A stretch of 64,000 nucleotides of DNA from Tubulanus polymorphus (taxonomy: Eukaryota; Animalia; Nemertea). Every line of letters starts with the position of its first letter. The stretch's first letter is position 1. Positions 1 through 14,060 of this stretch are shown here, piece after piece. A model generated the notes under the pieces. The model did not search any database. It was not told the origin of the DNA and saw only the letters and a list, made by a program, of their open reading frames with translations. Location of the stretch: the NCBI RefSeq assembly GCF_964204645.1, contig NC_134025.1, positions 13,950,001 to 14,014,000 on the forward strand. The letters are read 5' to 3'. A program made the position numbers and the translations under genes.

Positions 1-272
1 TCTACACTATAGACAAAATACCGCATTAACGATACCGTCTTTAGATAAACCGCTTTACAATAATGGGGCATTAAGCATAGTGTAGACGCGATGTCGCATT
101 AGAATAAGTCGGTGCGAGATAACGCCCTGGTTTTACTAAATAAAGTAAATTTGGATTTGGATTTACCAACATCCGGTTGGCCGTCCGTCCATCTGTCGGA
201 ACCAACGAAATTTCATTGTTCGTAATCGTTCTTATTATCTTACAAATCTTTTAATCGTTTATTCCTGCTTAA

Positions 273-1484
273 AGGGGTCATGAAGAGGTTTTGAAAAAAT
301 GTTTAAATCTAATTTTTTTTGTATAGAACATTCACCGTATGCATCTATAGTAGTCTATAAATATCTTTATCCAACCTCGAGAAAAGCCCGCAGCAACGGC
401 CCTAGCAATGGGACGCTCATGTTTGCGCGGTGATGTTGATGACATCATTCTGAGAACACAAAGCCTGCAGCACACTCAGAAGCGTACAATGCTCATTTTC
501 GTTGAATATCGCGCTTATTTTACCGTCTTTTGAAATGCCTTGGCTGTGTGTAGCTATGAAGTTATTCCACAAAGGCAGCGACAAATTTTAGTGGCCAAAA
601 CCAAAGATTTAGCCCTAAGATGATGGACCGTAAGAGCAAAAACACTAGGCAAGGTTCTAGGTTCACACTTTAGAGAAGGATTCTCGCAAATATTACAGCA
701 CACATAAACTTGGATACACAAAACTTATGTTTTTATTATCTGAGAGCCTTTTATTCTGCCAAGTGATGCTATTTTTGAGAATTAAATACCTAGTAAGAGA
801 TACGCGCTTTCCACTGCATATAGTACTGGCTTTCCCCAGTGACTCACATCGCTGTAGTATGTACAACATACTGACTGTATGTATGCAGCACACATTACTA
901 TTACACGGATGGCGCAGGCTCGTCTGGGGTTCACGAACAAGTTTACAGTTTCAGGACGCTTTTATGGTCCAGTACTGGATAAAAATATCTCTGCCCACAG
1001 AAATATCTGCAATGTCTTTATCAGTCATCCCCTCCGCGTGGTTTTAACAAATAGAGACTGAAAATGACGATGAATGCTCGCTGCTCCACGACGTAGAAAT
1101 ATGCTGTACTATAGTCACAAATTCCTTCGTTCTGAGGCATCAGGTCTAAATTAAATGGAATAATTTTGACTGTCTATTAATAACAACTGTTCGCTTCCTA
1201 AACTTCAGACATTTGATTGGAATCTCATGTATTTGAGTCATTATTTTGCTTTTTAATCGCTGTTAGTATCACCCGTTTCTATACACTACACCATGTTGTT
1301 TTGGTTTGGGTTCTCAGAATGACGTCACACTTCCGGGTTGGAAAGGAATCAGCGCGGCCGATCAAAAGTCTCGTTTTAACACTTAACAAGAATTAAATTT
1401 CTTGACCACTAAATCAATAAATAGGTTACAATTGATGATAAAAAATACTTTTAGCCATATCTTAAAAATCTCTTCATGACTCCT
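273..1484. mobile_element. Non-autonomous Kolobok-like element nested in the Harbinger
   Basis: TIRs aggggtcatgaagag / ctcttcatgactcct, TTAA on both sides (269-272, 1485-1488), AG termini. Contains a decayed THAP start (MPWLCVAM...WPK...GSHF, ~535-680) and a possible KolX-like remnant (YAAHITITRMAQARLG, ~880-1000). Confidence 0.8.
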
Positions 1485-1493
1485 TTAACTAAA

Positions 1494-3431
1494 ATGAGTT
1501 CGAGTACTCACCAGAAAGATCCAGCCAAAAAACCCCCATGCACTTGGACTCATAGCGAAACAAAAGCTTTGTTGGCAATATGGCGAAAGCACAATATTAA
1601 ACCACATTTGGACGGTACAAAAAAAGACTCGACCGTTTACCGATTAATTGCTGAGGAATTAGACAAAATAGGAATTATGAGAACTAGTAAACAGGTTACA
1701 TCTTGAATTAAACTTCTTAAACAGCAATATAGGGAATGCAAAGACAACAACAAACGCAGTGGGCGAGATGCTAAAACCACTGAATATTACGATGCCCTGG
1801 ATGAAGTCTTGGGTCATAGGGCAAACATTGATCCTCCATTTTTAATGGAGACCTTGTCGGCTTCTAATAGAACTGTTAGTGTAGAGGATCAACCTAATAT
1901 ATCAATTGAAGGACAATCCCATTGTTTGAAGTCACTGTTAAGCATTAACAGTGATTCTGATTCTTGTTCTGAGGGCGAGGACAACGATGCAAACAATTCT
2001 GATAAGCTGGTGGGGCAAAACGTGAGACCGTCGCATAAATTATGTAGACCTAAGAGATCATCAAAACAGACCAGGAATAGAAATGAGCGAGGATGAAAGT
2101 AACAATGTTTTTACTCCAAGAATTTTCCAACCTAAGTGAGGCAGATGAAAGTGGTGATTTAGGTATTTTCTAGGGCTAATATTAGGGTAGGCCTGCATCA
2201 CAACTGTTCAGATTTTTTGCCAAAATTTATTGAGTTTGATATTTTTAAAACTAAATTGTAGTCTAATTTGTGTATCATTTATTGGAATTCTAATTGTTCA
2301 AAACACAGTGGAATCTTTTTGGTTTTAAACTAACTTTGGTTTTGGGACCCAGGGTCCCTAGCAACGTGCCTATGGAGACAACTTAGCCCCTCATATTGCA
2401 AGGCTAATAATTGTGTTAAACTTGTATTGTAAGGTGGCTTCATCTTCAATAATGTAACGATGAAAAATTGATACCCTGTTCTCATTCTGCTGAGCTTACA
2501 TTTATAACTGGCCAATGATTTCAATTTATTAGTTCAAGTATGTTATGGAATATTTCTATATTGAAGGGGTATCCTAGAAAGATTTTGTCCGAGATTTTGT
2601 GAGCTGAAAAAATAATTTTGTTCATTATTCCTCTTTTAGAATCTGCTAATTTTTCTGGTGAAAAAAACTGTCATCGCTCAACCATCCAAGAAACGTAGTG
2701 CTAAGTATAATAGTCTGATCAATATATTGTCGAAGTTCATTTGGATTGATAAACTGTTTATATAATTTCAGCTCTATCCGTTGGCACTCCAAGTGACAAG
2801 AGGCCAAGCATTTCCACCTCCAAAGTGGATAAGGAAAATGGTAGGACTACCCATATGAATTTCCTTTACCATACTTTTATGAAAATTTGAAGTATGAGAA
2901 ATAAGGCATATCTAATATTCTAGGTGTCATCTCCATCAGGCATGCACAACAGTTTGGCAATTGAACTAAAATCAATTTGTATTTTCTCAATTTTAGAGCA
3001 TCCCAAAAAGCGACCTACGAAACAAGAGGAACTTGTCACCAAATTTTTGGATCAGTAAATGTGATCTGAAACTAAATTCAATGAAGAACAAGCCAAATTG
3101 CGACGCGAAGAACTCGAAACCATGCAGCGTCATAGAGCAGAATGACAGAATGGAAAGGCGGCTCCAGAGAACTATGGATCATGAACGTCAGCTTTTTCAA
3201 ATGTTCAGTCATTGGTTCGCACCAAGTACTAACTTACCACAGCAACCATTTCAATCCAACTATCTGGCATCGCAGACAAATTACCGTTCTGGAGTTATCG
3301 CGCCATCCTACGCACCAGCCAGAGGTGTAGGACTTCCACCTCCATCTATTCCTAGTATCTCATCACAGGACAGAAACATTTTTTCCTTGGTGAAATCATC
3401 ACTGGATTTGGTAGAATCTGACAATTTCTAA
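1494..3431 (+). pseudogene. Harbinger Myb/SANT-like (trihelix) DNA-binding protein, spliced, with stop and frameshifts
   Basis: WTHSETKALLAIW...VYRLIAEELDKIGIMRTSKQV...IKLLKQQYRECKDNNKRSG...YYDALDEVLG; in-frame TGA at 1704-1706; GT-AG introns from ~2163; coiled-coil and Pro/Ser-rich C-terminus. Confidence 0.8.
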
Positions 3432-3611
3432 CTTGAGACTCTTGGTCACAACGGGCCTTTGTGTTCACTTTTAGTCCGTCCGTGGACTAGACGAAATCAA
3501 GTTATTTTTATACAATTTTTCTATTTATATTGGTACGGGTATCACTAAACCTAAGACCCATTGGTCTTAGGTTTAGTTGAATAATATATAATAGGGTATA
3601 AAATGCTTTCG

Positions 3612-3925
3612 TTTTTAGCCCACTTGGGACTTAAGTCCCAGCGGGCTATTGCGTTCACTTTTCGTCCGTAGTCCGTCCGTTCATACACAGAATCCAGTTA
3701 TTTTGGGAAGTTTTGACGATGCTTCAATGTAATGTCTTGACAGCCCAAAAACTGGCCCTGTCAGAATCAAGATGGCCGACTGGCAGCCATTGTTGTTCGC
3801 CAAAATCAGCACTTTTACACATTTTTGACTTTTTAAGGGAAATTTTGAAGACGCATTGATCAATTACCTTGATCTTTCGAATGTTTTTGAATTGCCCAAG
3901 GGCCCATCAGCTGAAGAAAAATGTT
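3612..3925 (+). mobile_element. Truncated copy of HINE family 1 (non-autonomous Helentron-like)
   Basis: tttttagcccacttgggacttaagtcccagcgggcta plus (gtcc)n; reverse complement of the ends of the copies at 4903-6164 and 9894-10972. Confidence 0.75.
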
Positions 3926-4902
3926 GAATTTCTCGTTACATATATCTTTTTAAATGGTCGTTATGGTTAAGTGAGAAAGGTTGATTTATGGTGTATAAGA
4001 ATGTTACTTCTTGTTATATGTATAATGTTTTAAGTGAAAATGGGGTTGATTTGAGTAATGTTATTTCTTGTAACACATGTATAATGTTTAATTGACATAG
4101 GTTCATTTATAGGTTCGGTACCCCAATAACTATGATTGCTTTTAATTCGAGTAAATTACAATGAATCAATCGTTTTTAACGGATTATTGTTATGTTTACA
4201 GTTGTTTTGTTACTGAATAATTTGCATTTAAGGTAATAGTTCCAACATGAATAAATGGATTATATAATACATTTTATCTAAATTTGAGTCTTCTCTGGCT
4301 TCAACATTCCTAAAAAACAAGGAATCTGTTTTTTCTTCCACCATGATAGAAATAGTCATTCCTCTTCAGAAAACTTCAGAATTTTACTAATCAAACGTCT
4401 TCAATTCTATTTATGCATTTTGTATATACACATGTAGTATATAACACCGACTAAACATGAACTTGATAGAAAAACATTGAGAAAAAAGTAACTGAATTTA
4501 TCTGAAGTACAATTCGAACGCATGGTGAATGGCTTCGGCTTCTCCAACAGGCTGTGCCCCATTGAAATTGTCTTTTGGTTGTTGTTGACTATTATCCTCG
4601 ATGTCAAATAACCACTGATCATTAAAACGTTCACCATATTGTTCACAGATATTGTCCAGTCTTTTGAGCAGAATACGCCATCGGCCTTTAAGGCGTCCGA
4701 AAACATTCTCGACCATAATTCGGGCACTGCTGAGACGGTAGTTGAATTTTGTTTGTGATTCAGTCATGTGGCCATTGTCCATGAAAGTTTTCATTAGCCA
4801 TGGCAAAAGAGGGTAGGCGGGATCCTCCAATGCCACTAATGGGACATTGACACCATTTATTTTCCGGGTCTTGTTCGGTACAAGGGTTCCATTGCCACGG
4901 GT

Positions 4903-6164
4903 AACTAGGGGTCCAGGGACACCATGCCCACTTGGGAAGTGGTTTCAAATGCCCAACAATCTAACAATTTCAATATTCAACGCCCCCTGGTGACCATTTA
5001 CAAAAACCAACGACCTTGAAACTCACCACAATCATAGAACATGTCAGCAGCTACGATTTTGTAATTGATTGTGATAACAAAATATGCCTCGTTACCAATT
5101 TAATATGGAAATACTAAGTCATTCTACTATTTAACGCCCCCTGGTGACCATATTCAAAACCCAATGACCTCGAAACTCACCACAATCATAGAACATGTCA
5201 TGAACTACAACTTTGCAATTGATCATGGTAACAAAATATGCCTAGGTACCAATATAATAAGGAAATGCTAAGTTATTCTACTATTCAATGCCCCCTGGTG
5301 ATTATATAGAAAAACTAATGTCCTTAAAACTCGCAACAATCATAGATGATGTCATGAGCTACAGCTTTCCAATTGATTGTGGTTACAAAATATGCATAGG
5401 TACGAATATAATATAGAAATACTAAGATACTGTATTATTCAACGCCCCCTGGTGGCCATATACGAAATCCAATTACCTTGAAACTCACCACAATCATAGA
5501 ACACGTTATGAGCTACAACTTTCTAATTGATTGTGGTAGCAAAATACGCTTAGGTATCAATATTATGTGGAAAAACTTTTTCCCACTTATGAGTACTGGT
5601 GACACAAAGATGGCCACCAATTGCGTCATAATTGGCTGATGAAAAATACCTGCCTCAGGTATAAAACATCCCTTTCCAAAGAATACCCATCACAAATTGC
5701 AATGAGAAATGGCAAACCAGTAGGAAGCTACAGGACTCAGAATTCGGGCCAAAATTAACATTTTTGGGCACTAAAAAGGTTTTAGGACGGCCATCTTGAG
5801 TCCGACCGACCCAATTTTTGTTATGTTGATGGGCCCTGGGGGGATTCACATATATCCGAAAGATCAAGGTAATTGATCAAAGCGTCTTCAAAATTTCCCT
5901 CAAAAAGTTCAAAAATGTGTAAAAAACGCTGATTTTGGCGAACAACAATGGCTGCTAGTCGGCCATCTTGATTCTGACAGGGCCAGTTTTTGGGCTGAAG
6001 ATGTGTCTAGGGTAGATACATGTATAACCCAAATATCAAGACGTTACCTTGAAGCATCTTCAAAACTTCCCAAAATAACTGGATTCCGTCTACGGACGGA
6101 CGGACGACGGCGAAAAGTGAACGCAATAGCTCGCTGGGACTAAAGTCCCAAGTGGGCTAAAAAA
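4903..6164 (-). mobile_element. HINE family 1, full copy (Helentron/DINE-1/pearl-like non-autonomous element)
   Basis: Subterminal inverted repeats gcccacttggg/cccaagtgggc, a 5' hairpin, (gtcc)n microsatellite, internal tandem repeats, a 3' stem-loop then CTAG+TT; inserted in a T-run without a TSD. Confidence 0.8.
4975..5570. repeat. About four ~155-bp tandem repeats inside the HINE
   Basis: ttcaacgccccctggtgaccat recurs near 4976, 5131, 5285 and 5438. Confidence 0.9.
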
Positions 6165-6814
6165 CGAAAAATTGGACAATACACGAGCATCATGCACGCT
6201 GCCAGGCCATCCGACACACAAGTCCATGAACATATACTTTGCATCAACAACAGCCTACACATTAAGACTATGCCAACCCTTTCGGTTGAAATAATCTTTC
6301 GGATTTCTTTCTGGTGCAATTATTGGAAATATGGGTTCCATCAATAGCTGCAAAAGCTTGGGGAAAGCCCATTTGAATTCGAAGAGTCGCACATTCTCGG
6401 CTAAGCTATCACCGTCTCGCATAGTAATATATTCTTGAACAAGAACTGTATCAATAATTTTGGTAACTTCCAAAAATATTTTTCCAACAGTACTGCGACC
6501 TACGCCAAACAAGTGTCCTAAAGTTCGGTACGTAATGTTGGTGGCAAGCTTCCACAATGTTATTGCTACTTGTTTCTCAACTGATATAGCTTTTCGCAGT
6601 TTGGTATCTTCCTCCTGGATTTACGGGGCTAGTCTCGTATAAAGAACCTAAAATAAAAAAGGAAAAAGCACATTAAATAACAAATACATACCACTGAAAT
6701 CATAATCTAATAAAACTGGCCAATCAGAGCGAGCCATTGGCAAAATAGCATTAACACTGGAAATAATGCTGAATTGGCAAAATATCACCTGCCTATAATA
6801 TTATGTTTTTTTAA

Positions 6815-7288
6815 GGAAGTGGTTATTTTACCGGATCATTTTTACCGACCCATGAACGATACTTTGCCGAATATCGTCTCTAATTCGCTGATTCACTCCG
6901 TGCATACGCAAGGGGGTGCACGACATAGGAAATTCGAAGGAAGTGTGGAGAAAATTGAGCAGATAGAGCGAGACTCGAACCTGGGGCAGTAAATCACTAG
7001 CGCAGAACGTCACAAATAGACCGCCGCGCTCACTGAAAACCAACCAAATGTTTTAGCTTGAGCTTGTACTTAACCTTACCCTAATCCTAACCCTAGTTGT
7101 AAAACGGACCCTAACCCAACCCTCTAGACCCTCTTCTCACCCTCTTGACACTAACCCTATCGAAACCCTTACCCTCAACCCAATATAATGATTTTATTGT
7201 TACTTTTATTAATTTATATTATAATATATGGATCCGGCTAAATGTCTTTTATAAGTCGGTCACCGGATCCGGCTAAATAACCACTTCC
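6815..7288. mobile_element. Mutator-like MITE with a tRNA-like segment and telomere-like CCCTAA repeats, in the Harbinger transposase intron
   Basis: TIR ggaagtggttattttaccggatc / gatccggctaaataaccacttcc; exact 9-bp TSD tttttttaa; (a)ccctaa repeats at ~7070-7180. Confidence 0.75.
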
Positions 7289-7916
7289 TTTTTTTAATGG
7301 TTTCAACAATTTAAGAAAGGCCTACCGTAAGTTGCTTTTTTCATCCGAAAATTTTCCAACCATCTCTCGTCAGGCCAGTTGCAGACAATGTTGTCCCAAA
7401 AGTCTGTGCTTTTTCAAAAAAGCCTAAACTCGACCTCTTCTTCGATCATATTGGCTCATAGACGTTGTAAATAATCCAAAAAAGAAATGCAAGAATTGGC
7501 TTGCTTGTTTTGCCCTATATTTCTACGCATGTTTCATACGTTTTCAACGCATTTTTCCAGCTAGAAACTCTCTCCTCATGAAGTTATTTTGCTGAAAGTG
7601 CAGCAAATTACGCCTCACTTTCAATATCTGGAGTATAAGTAGAAGACATCTTTTGAAAAGTTCCATGTTTTTATTCGTTTTATTTTGACGCAGACGGAAA
7701 GCGGGTCCACATTTTTTATTAGGAACCACATTCAATTCAAAATCAAATTCAGATTCTTTATTGCTACGGATTCATATCGCGGGATAGCGATAGTCGTGGC
7801 CCATAGTCGTCTCGAGTCACCGACCAGTGTAGACGGTGCACGATATAAATGCCGCATTAGCGAAAAGCGGCTTTCCGAAAAGCGGCTTATCTGGTTTAAG
7901 TGTTGATGAAGTATAA

Positions 7917-8569
7917 TGTAAATTAATTCCTACTTCCAATGCAGTGACTATTCTAAATTATGTTATTATCTCATATTCATCTATGTTTTAAGTTTCGGGG
8001 ATGAAACTTTGTTTAAGGTGGGGGAATGTTATTAAATGAGTATATTCAATTGTGGGGGCAACATAGAGACACGTTTGCTTGTAGCATTATTACTATGTTG
8101 TATCTTAATAATTAACACTGCTTGTCGTTGAGTGATCTTTGATGACTGTTTGGACAGTGTAATCACAGTTCCTATACCTGTCATGACATGTCTGAGACGA
8201 CTACTTAACCAGGGGTATAAATATATGGGGGTTTAGTTAAGGGGAGAGGAGTTTTGTATAGAAAGTCAGAGTCGGGGTGAGGCTCGACAGTCAGATTTGG
8301 AGCGACTTAAGCTTCGACAGATCTATGGGCCGACTATAGTCATGAGCTCGTGTGTATATCAATAATGGCAGATCATGAGTCAATCGTGGATTACTAGATA
8401 TATATTACTACATTCTGGATCACTGAATGAAGTTATCAACACAATGGATCAGGCGAATAAGGAAGCAGTTCAGATCACACCACATTTATCTAAATACTTT
8501 CAATGAAATAAACTGAAATTGAACTGAATATAGAGAGTTGGGCTGCACTGATATCACAGGATGTTTACA
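7917..8569 (+). mobile_element. Possible solo LTR
   Basis: tgtaaa...tttaca inverted termini, TATA-like box at ~8216, AATAAA at ~8507; no matching TSD. Confidence 0.4.
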
Positions 8570-9893
8570 AACTGCTTCTGGCTGTACATATTATGGCCCT
8601 GTGCACGGTAGCAAAATTTAACGATTTTCGAGAGTTTGGCCTGCCATTTATCATATTTATGGATGAGAAACGTTTTCACGCCATATTTCTGTGAAATATA
8701 TAGTTCAAATAAATTTCTTTTGTTGTCATATCATTGAAAACAAGTGCATATCTAATTCAATATGTTGGCTCTCTTTTGAGGATTACTATTTTTTCCAGGC
8801 TTCGATTTCAGAAATTTTCCTTGGCAATTCCCAATTCAAAATGGCTCAATCTAAAACAACCAACATTATTCTTAAGTGTAGCCCTATATCCCATCTCAAA
8901 TTGGGTGTAGGCCTATAGTTAGTTTATTTCGGTTTAGTAGATTATAATACCTTAACTGGAGACACTGGTTTCATCTTAAAATCGTCTGTACTCTAAAATG
9001 GCCAGTACTGAATGGGTTAAGGCTAAAAGAAATTTCTACATCGTTTCTCATTTCTGCTGATCTTATAAGTTGATCCGGCCGGCTGCCTATCTACCCTGTA
9101 AATTGGTTTTTTAAATCATGATCAAGCTAACCATAACATTTCATTAAAGTGTTAGCCTAAAGTGTTTTGAAAATTCCCTTGTGAAGAGTGGCTGCCAGTG
9201 AGCCATCTTCAATCAGACCAAACCAGTTTCTGTCAAACTCAATTCCAAGGTATGTGTATCAAGTGGGACTTGCTTGCATTTACCATGAAGCTAATACATT
9301 GATGAGTTCGAAATTCAGAAATTGCTGTTACAATAAAATCTGTTACGGTAAGCCACCATTTCGCATACTAAAGATGCAAATACCTCTCTTTTGCAACATA
9401 CATTTATAGTGAACTAGGGGCAGGAGCTTTGTAAATAGCCATGGAGCCAAACTGAAATGAATCAAACAGATGTGCCCTTGACTGCAAGACACTGGCTTGT
9501 TGACTAATAAAACAGCACCTAGCTAGTAGTTTATATTGTATTTTATCTTTCTTAAAGAATTATTTTGTAGTCAAATAAGACCAAAGATAAACATTTGTTT
9601 ATGGTCTACGTCCAAAATTTCGTAGGGTACAGGTAGGCGCGGCATTAGAAACTATTTTATATTTTCAGAAAAATATTTTTCACAATGTGTCGAATTTAAA
9701 CAAAGTTGACCACGTCATCGTTGGAGGTTCGTCATGTCTTCAATTGCATCGATTATACGTTGTTTAACCGGAGAACCAATGAAAAAAATGCTCACATAAA
9801 AAAACGTACCGCGATTTTACGTGAATTGGCTCAATGCCAACCTCATAGCGCTGACAAAGGTAAACCAAAAACATGGGACAGGCATTCACATAA

Positions 9894-10972
9894 AACTAGG
9901 GGTCCAGGGACACCATGCCCACTTGGGGAGTGGTTTCCAATGCTCAACAATTTAACAATTTCAATATTCAAAGCCCCCTGGTGACCATATACAAAAACTA
10001 ATGACCTTGAAACTCACCACAATCATAGAACATGTCATAAACTACAACTTTGCAATTGACCATGGCAACAAAATATGCCTAGGTACTAATCTAATAAGGA
10101 AAAAAGTTATTCTACAACCCAACGCCTCCTGGTGACCATATAGAATAACTAATATCCTTAAAACTCCTGAATTTTCTGAAATTTGCTCAATAAAACAAAA
10201 TTGAAGAGTCTTTGCTTTCTGATTGGCTTTTTAAAACAGATATTTTTGCGATATATATGCTCAGGTGCACAGTCAAAAAAGCCTTTACTCTAGAAACCAT
10301 GTCATTTAAATTTGCTCCATTTGTATAGCAATAGGCTCAGCCTACGGCTGGCCTAATAATGTGGAAAAACTTTTCCCCACCTACGAATGAGTACTGATGA
10401 CACCAAGATGGCCGCCAATTGCATCATAATTGGCTGATGAAAAATACCTGTCTCATATATGAAACATCCCATTCCAAAGAATACCCATCACAAATGAGAA
10501 ATGGCAAACCGGTTGGAAGCTACAGGACTCAGAATTCAGGACTCAGTTACAGGACTCAGAATTCGGGCCAAAATTTACATTTTTGGGCACTAAAAAGGTC
10601 ATAGGACGGCCATCTTGAGTCCGATCGACCCGATTCTTCTTACGCTGATGGGCCCTTGGTGGATTCAAATGTATAAGAAAGATCAAGGTAATGATCAAAG
10701 CGTCTTCAAAATTTCCCTCAAAAAGTTCAAAAATGTGTAACAAGTGCTGATTTTGGCGATAAACAATGGCTGCCAGTCGGCCATCCTGATTCTGACAGGG
10801 CCAGTTTTTGGGCTGTGTCTAGGGTAGCTACTTGAGCAACGCAAATATCAAGACATTACATTGAAGCATCTTAAAAACTTACAAAATAACTGGATTTCGT
10901 CTACGGACGGATGGATGGACGAAAAGTGAACTCAATAGCCCGCTGGGGCTAAAGTCACAAGTGGGCTAAAAA
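9894..10972 (-). mobile_element. HINE family 1, second near-full copy (fewer repeats, foreign segment ~10170-10355)
   Basis: Same aactaggggtccagggacaccatgcccacttggg...gtgggctaaaaa ends as 4903-6164. Confidence 0.8.
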
Positions 10973-11146
10973 TTGTCACTGACGGGCAGAATTGCTTGCT
11001 TGTGTGTCTGAGGAATGCACATGTATATATCATTTATGCCTTTGTTGCAATGTAGAAAGTTAAATAGGCCATCTGTATCATGTTCAAGATTTCTTCATTC
11101 TTAATTGCCTGTCAATCGCACTCTCTCAAAGGATGCTGGTTATAAA

Positions 11147-11525
11147 AACAATCCAGTAGTTTCAATAAGAGCCGGGTCCCAGACCCATCTGTCGTTGGTA
11201 AAGGACCCGCCTGTTTTTTTCCCAACCCGCTTTCGTTTTTGGGACTGTGATCGGTTTCTTGCGATTCTTAGTACATCCAGTATAATGGCATCGGTTTCGG
11301 GTGGTTCTTAGTACAACCGGTACTTGAATTTTAAAACGGCGTGGCTGATTGGCCAATATCGGCTTTGACATATCATTACAACGAATCAGCGTCGCTCTTT
11401 CTCATGGAAAGAATGCGGAAGTAACCGGCTGCTTAGTGATTAACATTATACCCAAACAAACGGCAAAACGGGCCGAAAAACGCAGTTACGATGAAGCAGA
11501 GCAAAGGTCCGGCTACTGGATTGTT
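11147..11525. mobile_element. Small TIR element (MITE), superfamily unassigned
   Basis: aacaatccagtag / ctactggattgtt inverted ends; TSD not clean. Confidence 0.5.
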
Positions 11526-11549
11526 AAAATATTTCAAACGTACGTACAT

Positions 11550-13229
11550 ATGAATAAGTGCTTGTTCGCCAGGCGAGGGGAAGTAGAAAAATTTACTTTG
11601 AAAAGTAATGTTGTCAATTCATTTCAGACTTTACAGTTACGCCTAAATTTAGTCTAGTACTAGTAGAGTTTCTGTTTAGTGTGTGTGAGTATAGGCTTGT
11701 ATTAAGCCTTCCACAACACGGCATTGGCGATTAAAAGTGAAATTTATTTCAACTTTTTCTCTTAGTGTTACTTGCTCAAGCGAAAGAATTAGGCCTTAGG
11801 CTTAGACTTCAAAACTAATAAGTGATATTAATTTTCTTGCAGAACTTTTGTTTTTTTCTTGTGAATGGTAAGATAAGAATTTAATCTATCTGTCTTGGTC
11901 TTTTAATCTCTACTAATTCATTAGTTTCCCTCGACTTGGTCTATCCAGGGATATAGCTTTAAAATATAATACTGTCTTATTTATTCCACTGATTTAATCA
12001 CACTTATCACCTTACATACTACGCACTTTTTGGCACAATGGTTTTGGGAGGATGCAAAACTTTTGGTATTGTATGTTTCAGCTTTGGGTAAGACAAATGT
12101 TGAATCAGAAACAGACGACAATCATGTCAATGAAATCAGAGTCGAATCGGAAGATGAAACCAGGGTGGAAACGGGAGTTGAACAACAAGTCAGTTTGAAA
12201 TCTACTGTAGGTACTACACAGTGCATTGAAAAGAATCAAGACAAGATCCAGGAACCGAATGTCATTGGGTCTTCTCAATTCGTTGCTCCATGTTTCTATC
12301 AAAGAGCCTTTCCCAGACAAGGCCTCTGATATCATTAACAATAGTATTAATGTATGGCTCGGAAAAAAAGGCGCGCAGGAAGCTGCCAAGATCTGTAAGC
12401 AATAAAATTACCCCCTCTACCTCTGCTGGGATGACATCCTCCATAAGTGTTCAAACTGAAGATCTTTCAATTGGAATATCAACTGTTGGTGCATCAAGTC
12501 TCGATTCAACAACAGTTGACATTCCAATTGAATTCAGTGAAGTATCTGAATCTGAATCTGAAACATCAGATTGCATATCCAATGTTTTTGATGGAACACA
12601 AAAACTGCTCTAGTTGTTTTCATTAGATTTGGAATCTGATGATTCAGATTTTGAAGGATTTGAATCTATTTAAGATGTTATTCCACAGACGGTAGGGCAG
12701 TATCATGAAAATTCATTGTTTATTTTCTTCTATTCTTCAACAAGTTTTGCCCAAGTCTCTTCTGGACTTGAACTGTGAGTGCTACTGCGACATGTAAAAA
12801 AAACCAAAAAGCTTCTAGGAATAAAGGAGACACCCCTCATACACCACTCGCTTCAATCGGCTTTCTGACTGACTTACACACCTCAATGGGGATGCAGGCC
12901 TTCGTTTCAGCCTCATCTTTTTTGTCTGCGGCAAATTACGGGACCCTCCTGTTTCTCAAAGGGACCTGGCTTGTCAATTTCTTATTGAAAACACTGCAAT
13001 TACTACACGTAATATCTGGGTCACATCATCGATTGAATTCTCAGGCTCTCCCAAGGAATTCGCTTCCGCAATGCGGGTTCCCCACAAATTATAGATCAGT
13101 ATATTTAACATGGAAAGCTATGAGTGCAGTTTGCAAATAGTTTGCATCGTAGTGCAGCCATAACTGGTGAATTTTGAAACTTGTATTTAGTAATTCATCA
13201 AAAAAAAATCTTTCTTCCTGACCCTTTAA
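11550..13229 (+). pseudogene. Heavily decayed DNA-transposon coding remnant, possibly Kolobok-like
   Basis: Broken acidic/Ser-rich ORFs, a segment resembling Kolobok transposase (SASSFLSAANYG) and a ccctttaa end at ~13229; no left TIR found. Confidence 0.25.
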
Positions 13230-13826
13230 GTAATTGGAAATAATTTATTTGCTTAAGGCCAAAATACTTTAATTAATAGCAGGCACTATACATTAACGTT
13301 TTTATCACCCATCGTTGCCTGCTAATTGCCAGCTAAAAAATGTCCAACTCCATGTCTCTGTTAAAACTCGGCCCCTCCCAAGATTTTTAACAGATTTATT
13401 AGTGATTGTTGCAAAAAATCTATTGAAAATATTGTAGGCCTACTGAAAAATTATCACCAAAGTTGTTCAGAATGATGGACAAAAAATACAAATTTCCCCG
13501 CTGACTGGCAGTTCTGAGGCAATATCATTTTTTGACAGGCTTCATTTTATTCCTAGCTAAGACCCTGGGCACAGGTACAAATTTATACTGTACAGTACAG
13601 CTTAGAATTAACTTAATATGGTTATTGTTTAACGTTAACGTTTATTTTATGTTTTGTTTATGGCTAGAACAGAGATTGATTGGCGTTTTTGAAAGTAATT
13701 AAACGCGTACATCATTTAACGTGTTCAAATCGTGTGTACAACTGAAGTGATAAACAATAATGTGAAAACGATGCGCAATTTTTGTTAAGTTAATTCCAAG
13801 CTGTAGTACAGTATATAAATACCGGG

Positions 13827-14060
13827 TTATTCAACACCCCCTGGTGAACATACACAGAAACCAATGACAATGAAATTCCCATGCTCATAGAACATGTCAT
13901 GAACAACAACTTTACAATTTATTATGGTAAGGTACCAATAGAAATGGATGATGAGCACTGTGAAGTCAAAACCTGATTCTGTCAACAGATGGATGAATGG
14001 ATTAGATGAACAAGAAATGATCATAAAAGCATACTAGAGCAGAGCTCCTAGTGGACTAAA
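13827..14060 (-). repeat. Diverged fragment related to HINE family 1
   Basis: One caacaccccctggtgaac repeat unit followed by an end resembling ...gtggactaaa. Confidence 0.55.

Larger units (their letters stand above)
4498..7666 (-). pseudogene. Harbinger (HARBI1-like, DDE_Tnp_4) transposase, disrupted
   Basis: Motifs ENFRM, LWKLAT..YRTLGHLFGVGRSTV, AIDGTH, YFNRKGWHSLN, GWPGSVHDARV, DPAYPLLPWLM, FNYRLSSARIMVENVFGRLKGRW. Intron ~6648-7326; HINE inserted at 4903-6164; stops and frameshifts. Confidence 0.9.
1..7913. mobile_element. Decayed PIF/Harbinger DNA transposon (Myb/SANT gene on +, DDE transposase on -), left end at or just beyond the window edge
   Basis: Convergent Myb/SANT-like and HARBI1-like ORFs. 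Subterminal tctacact/agtgtagac motifs at 1-90 and 7826-7913 are degenerate inverted copies. The right end is followed by TAA, the usual Harbinger TSD. Confidence 0.8.

Noticed and set aside
4975-5570. Regularly spaced repeats resembling a CRISPR array
   Set aside because: Whole 155-bp units are homologous, there are no unique spacers or cas genes, and the context is eukaryotic.
7070-7180. Interstitial telomere or chromosome fusion site
   Set aside because: Short, degenerate repeats that lie inside a TIR element with a TSD.
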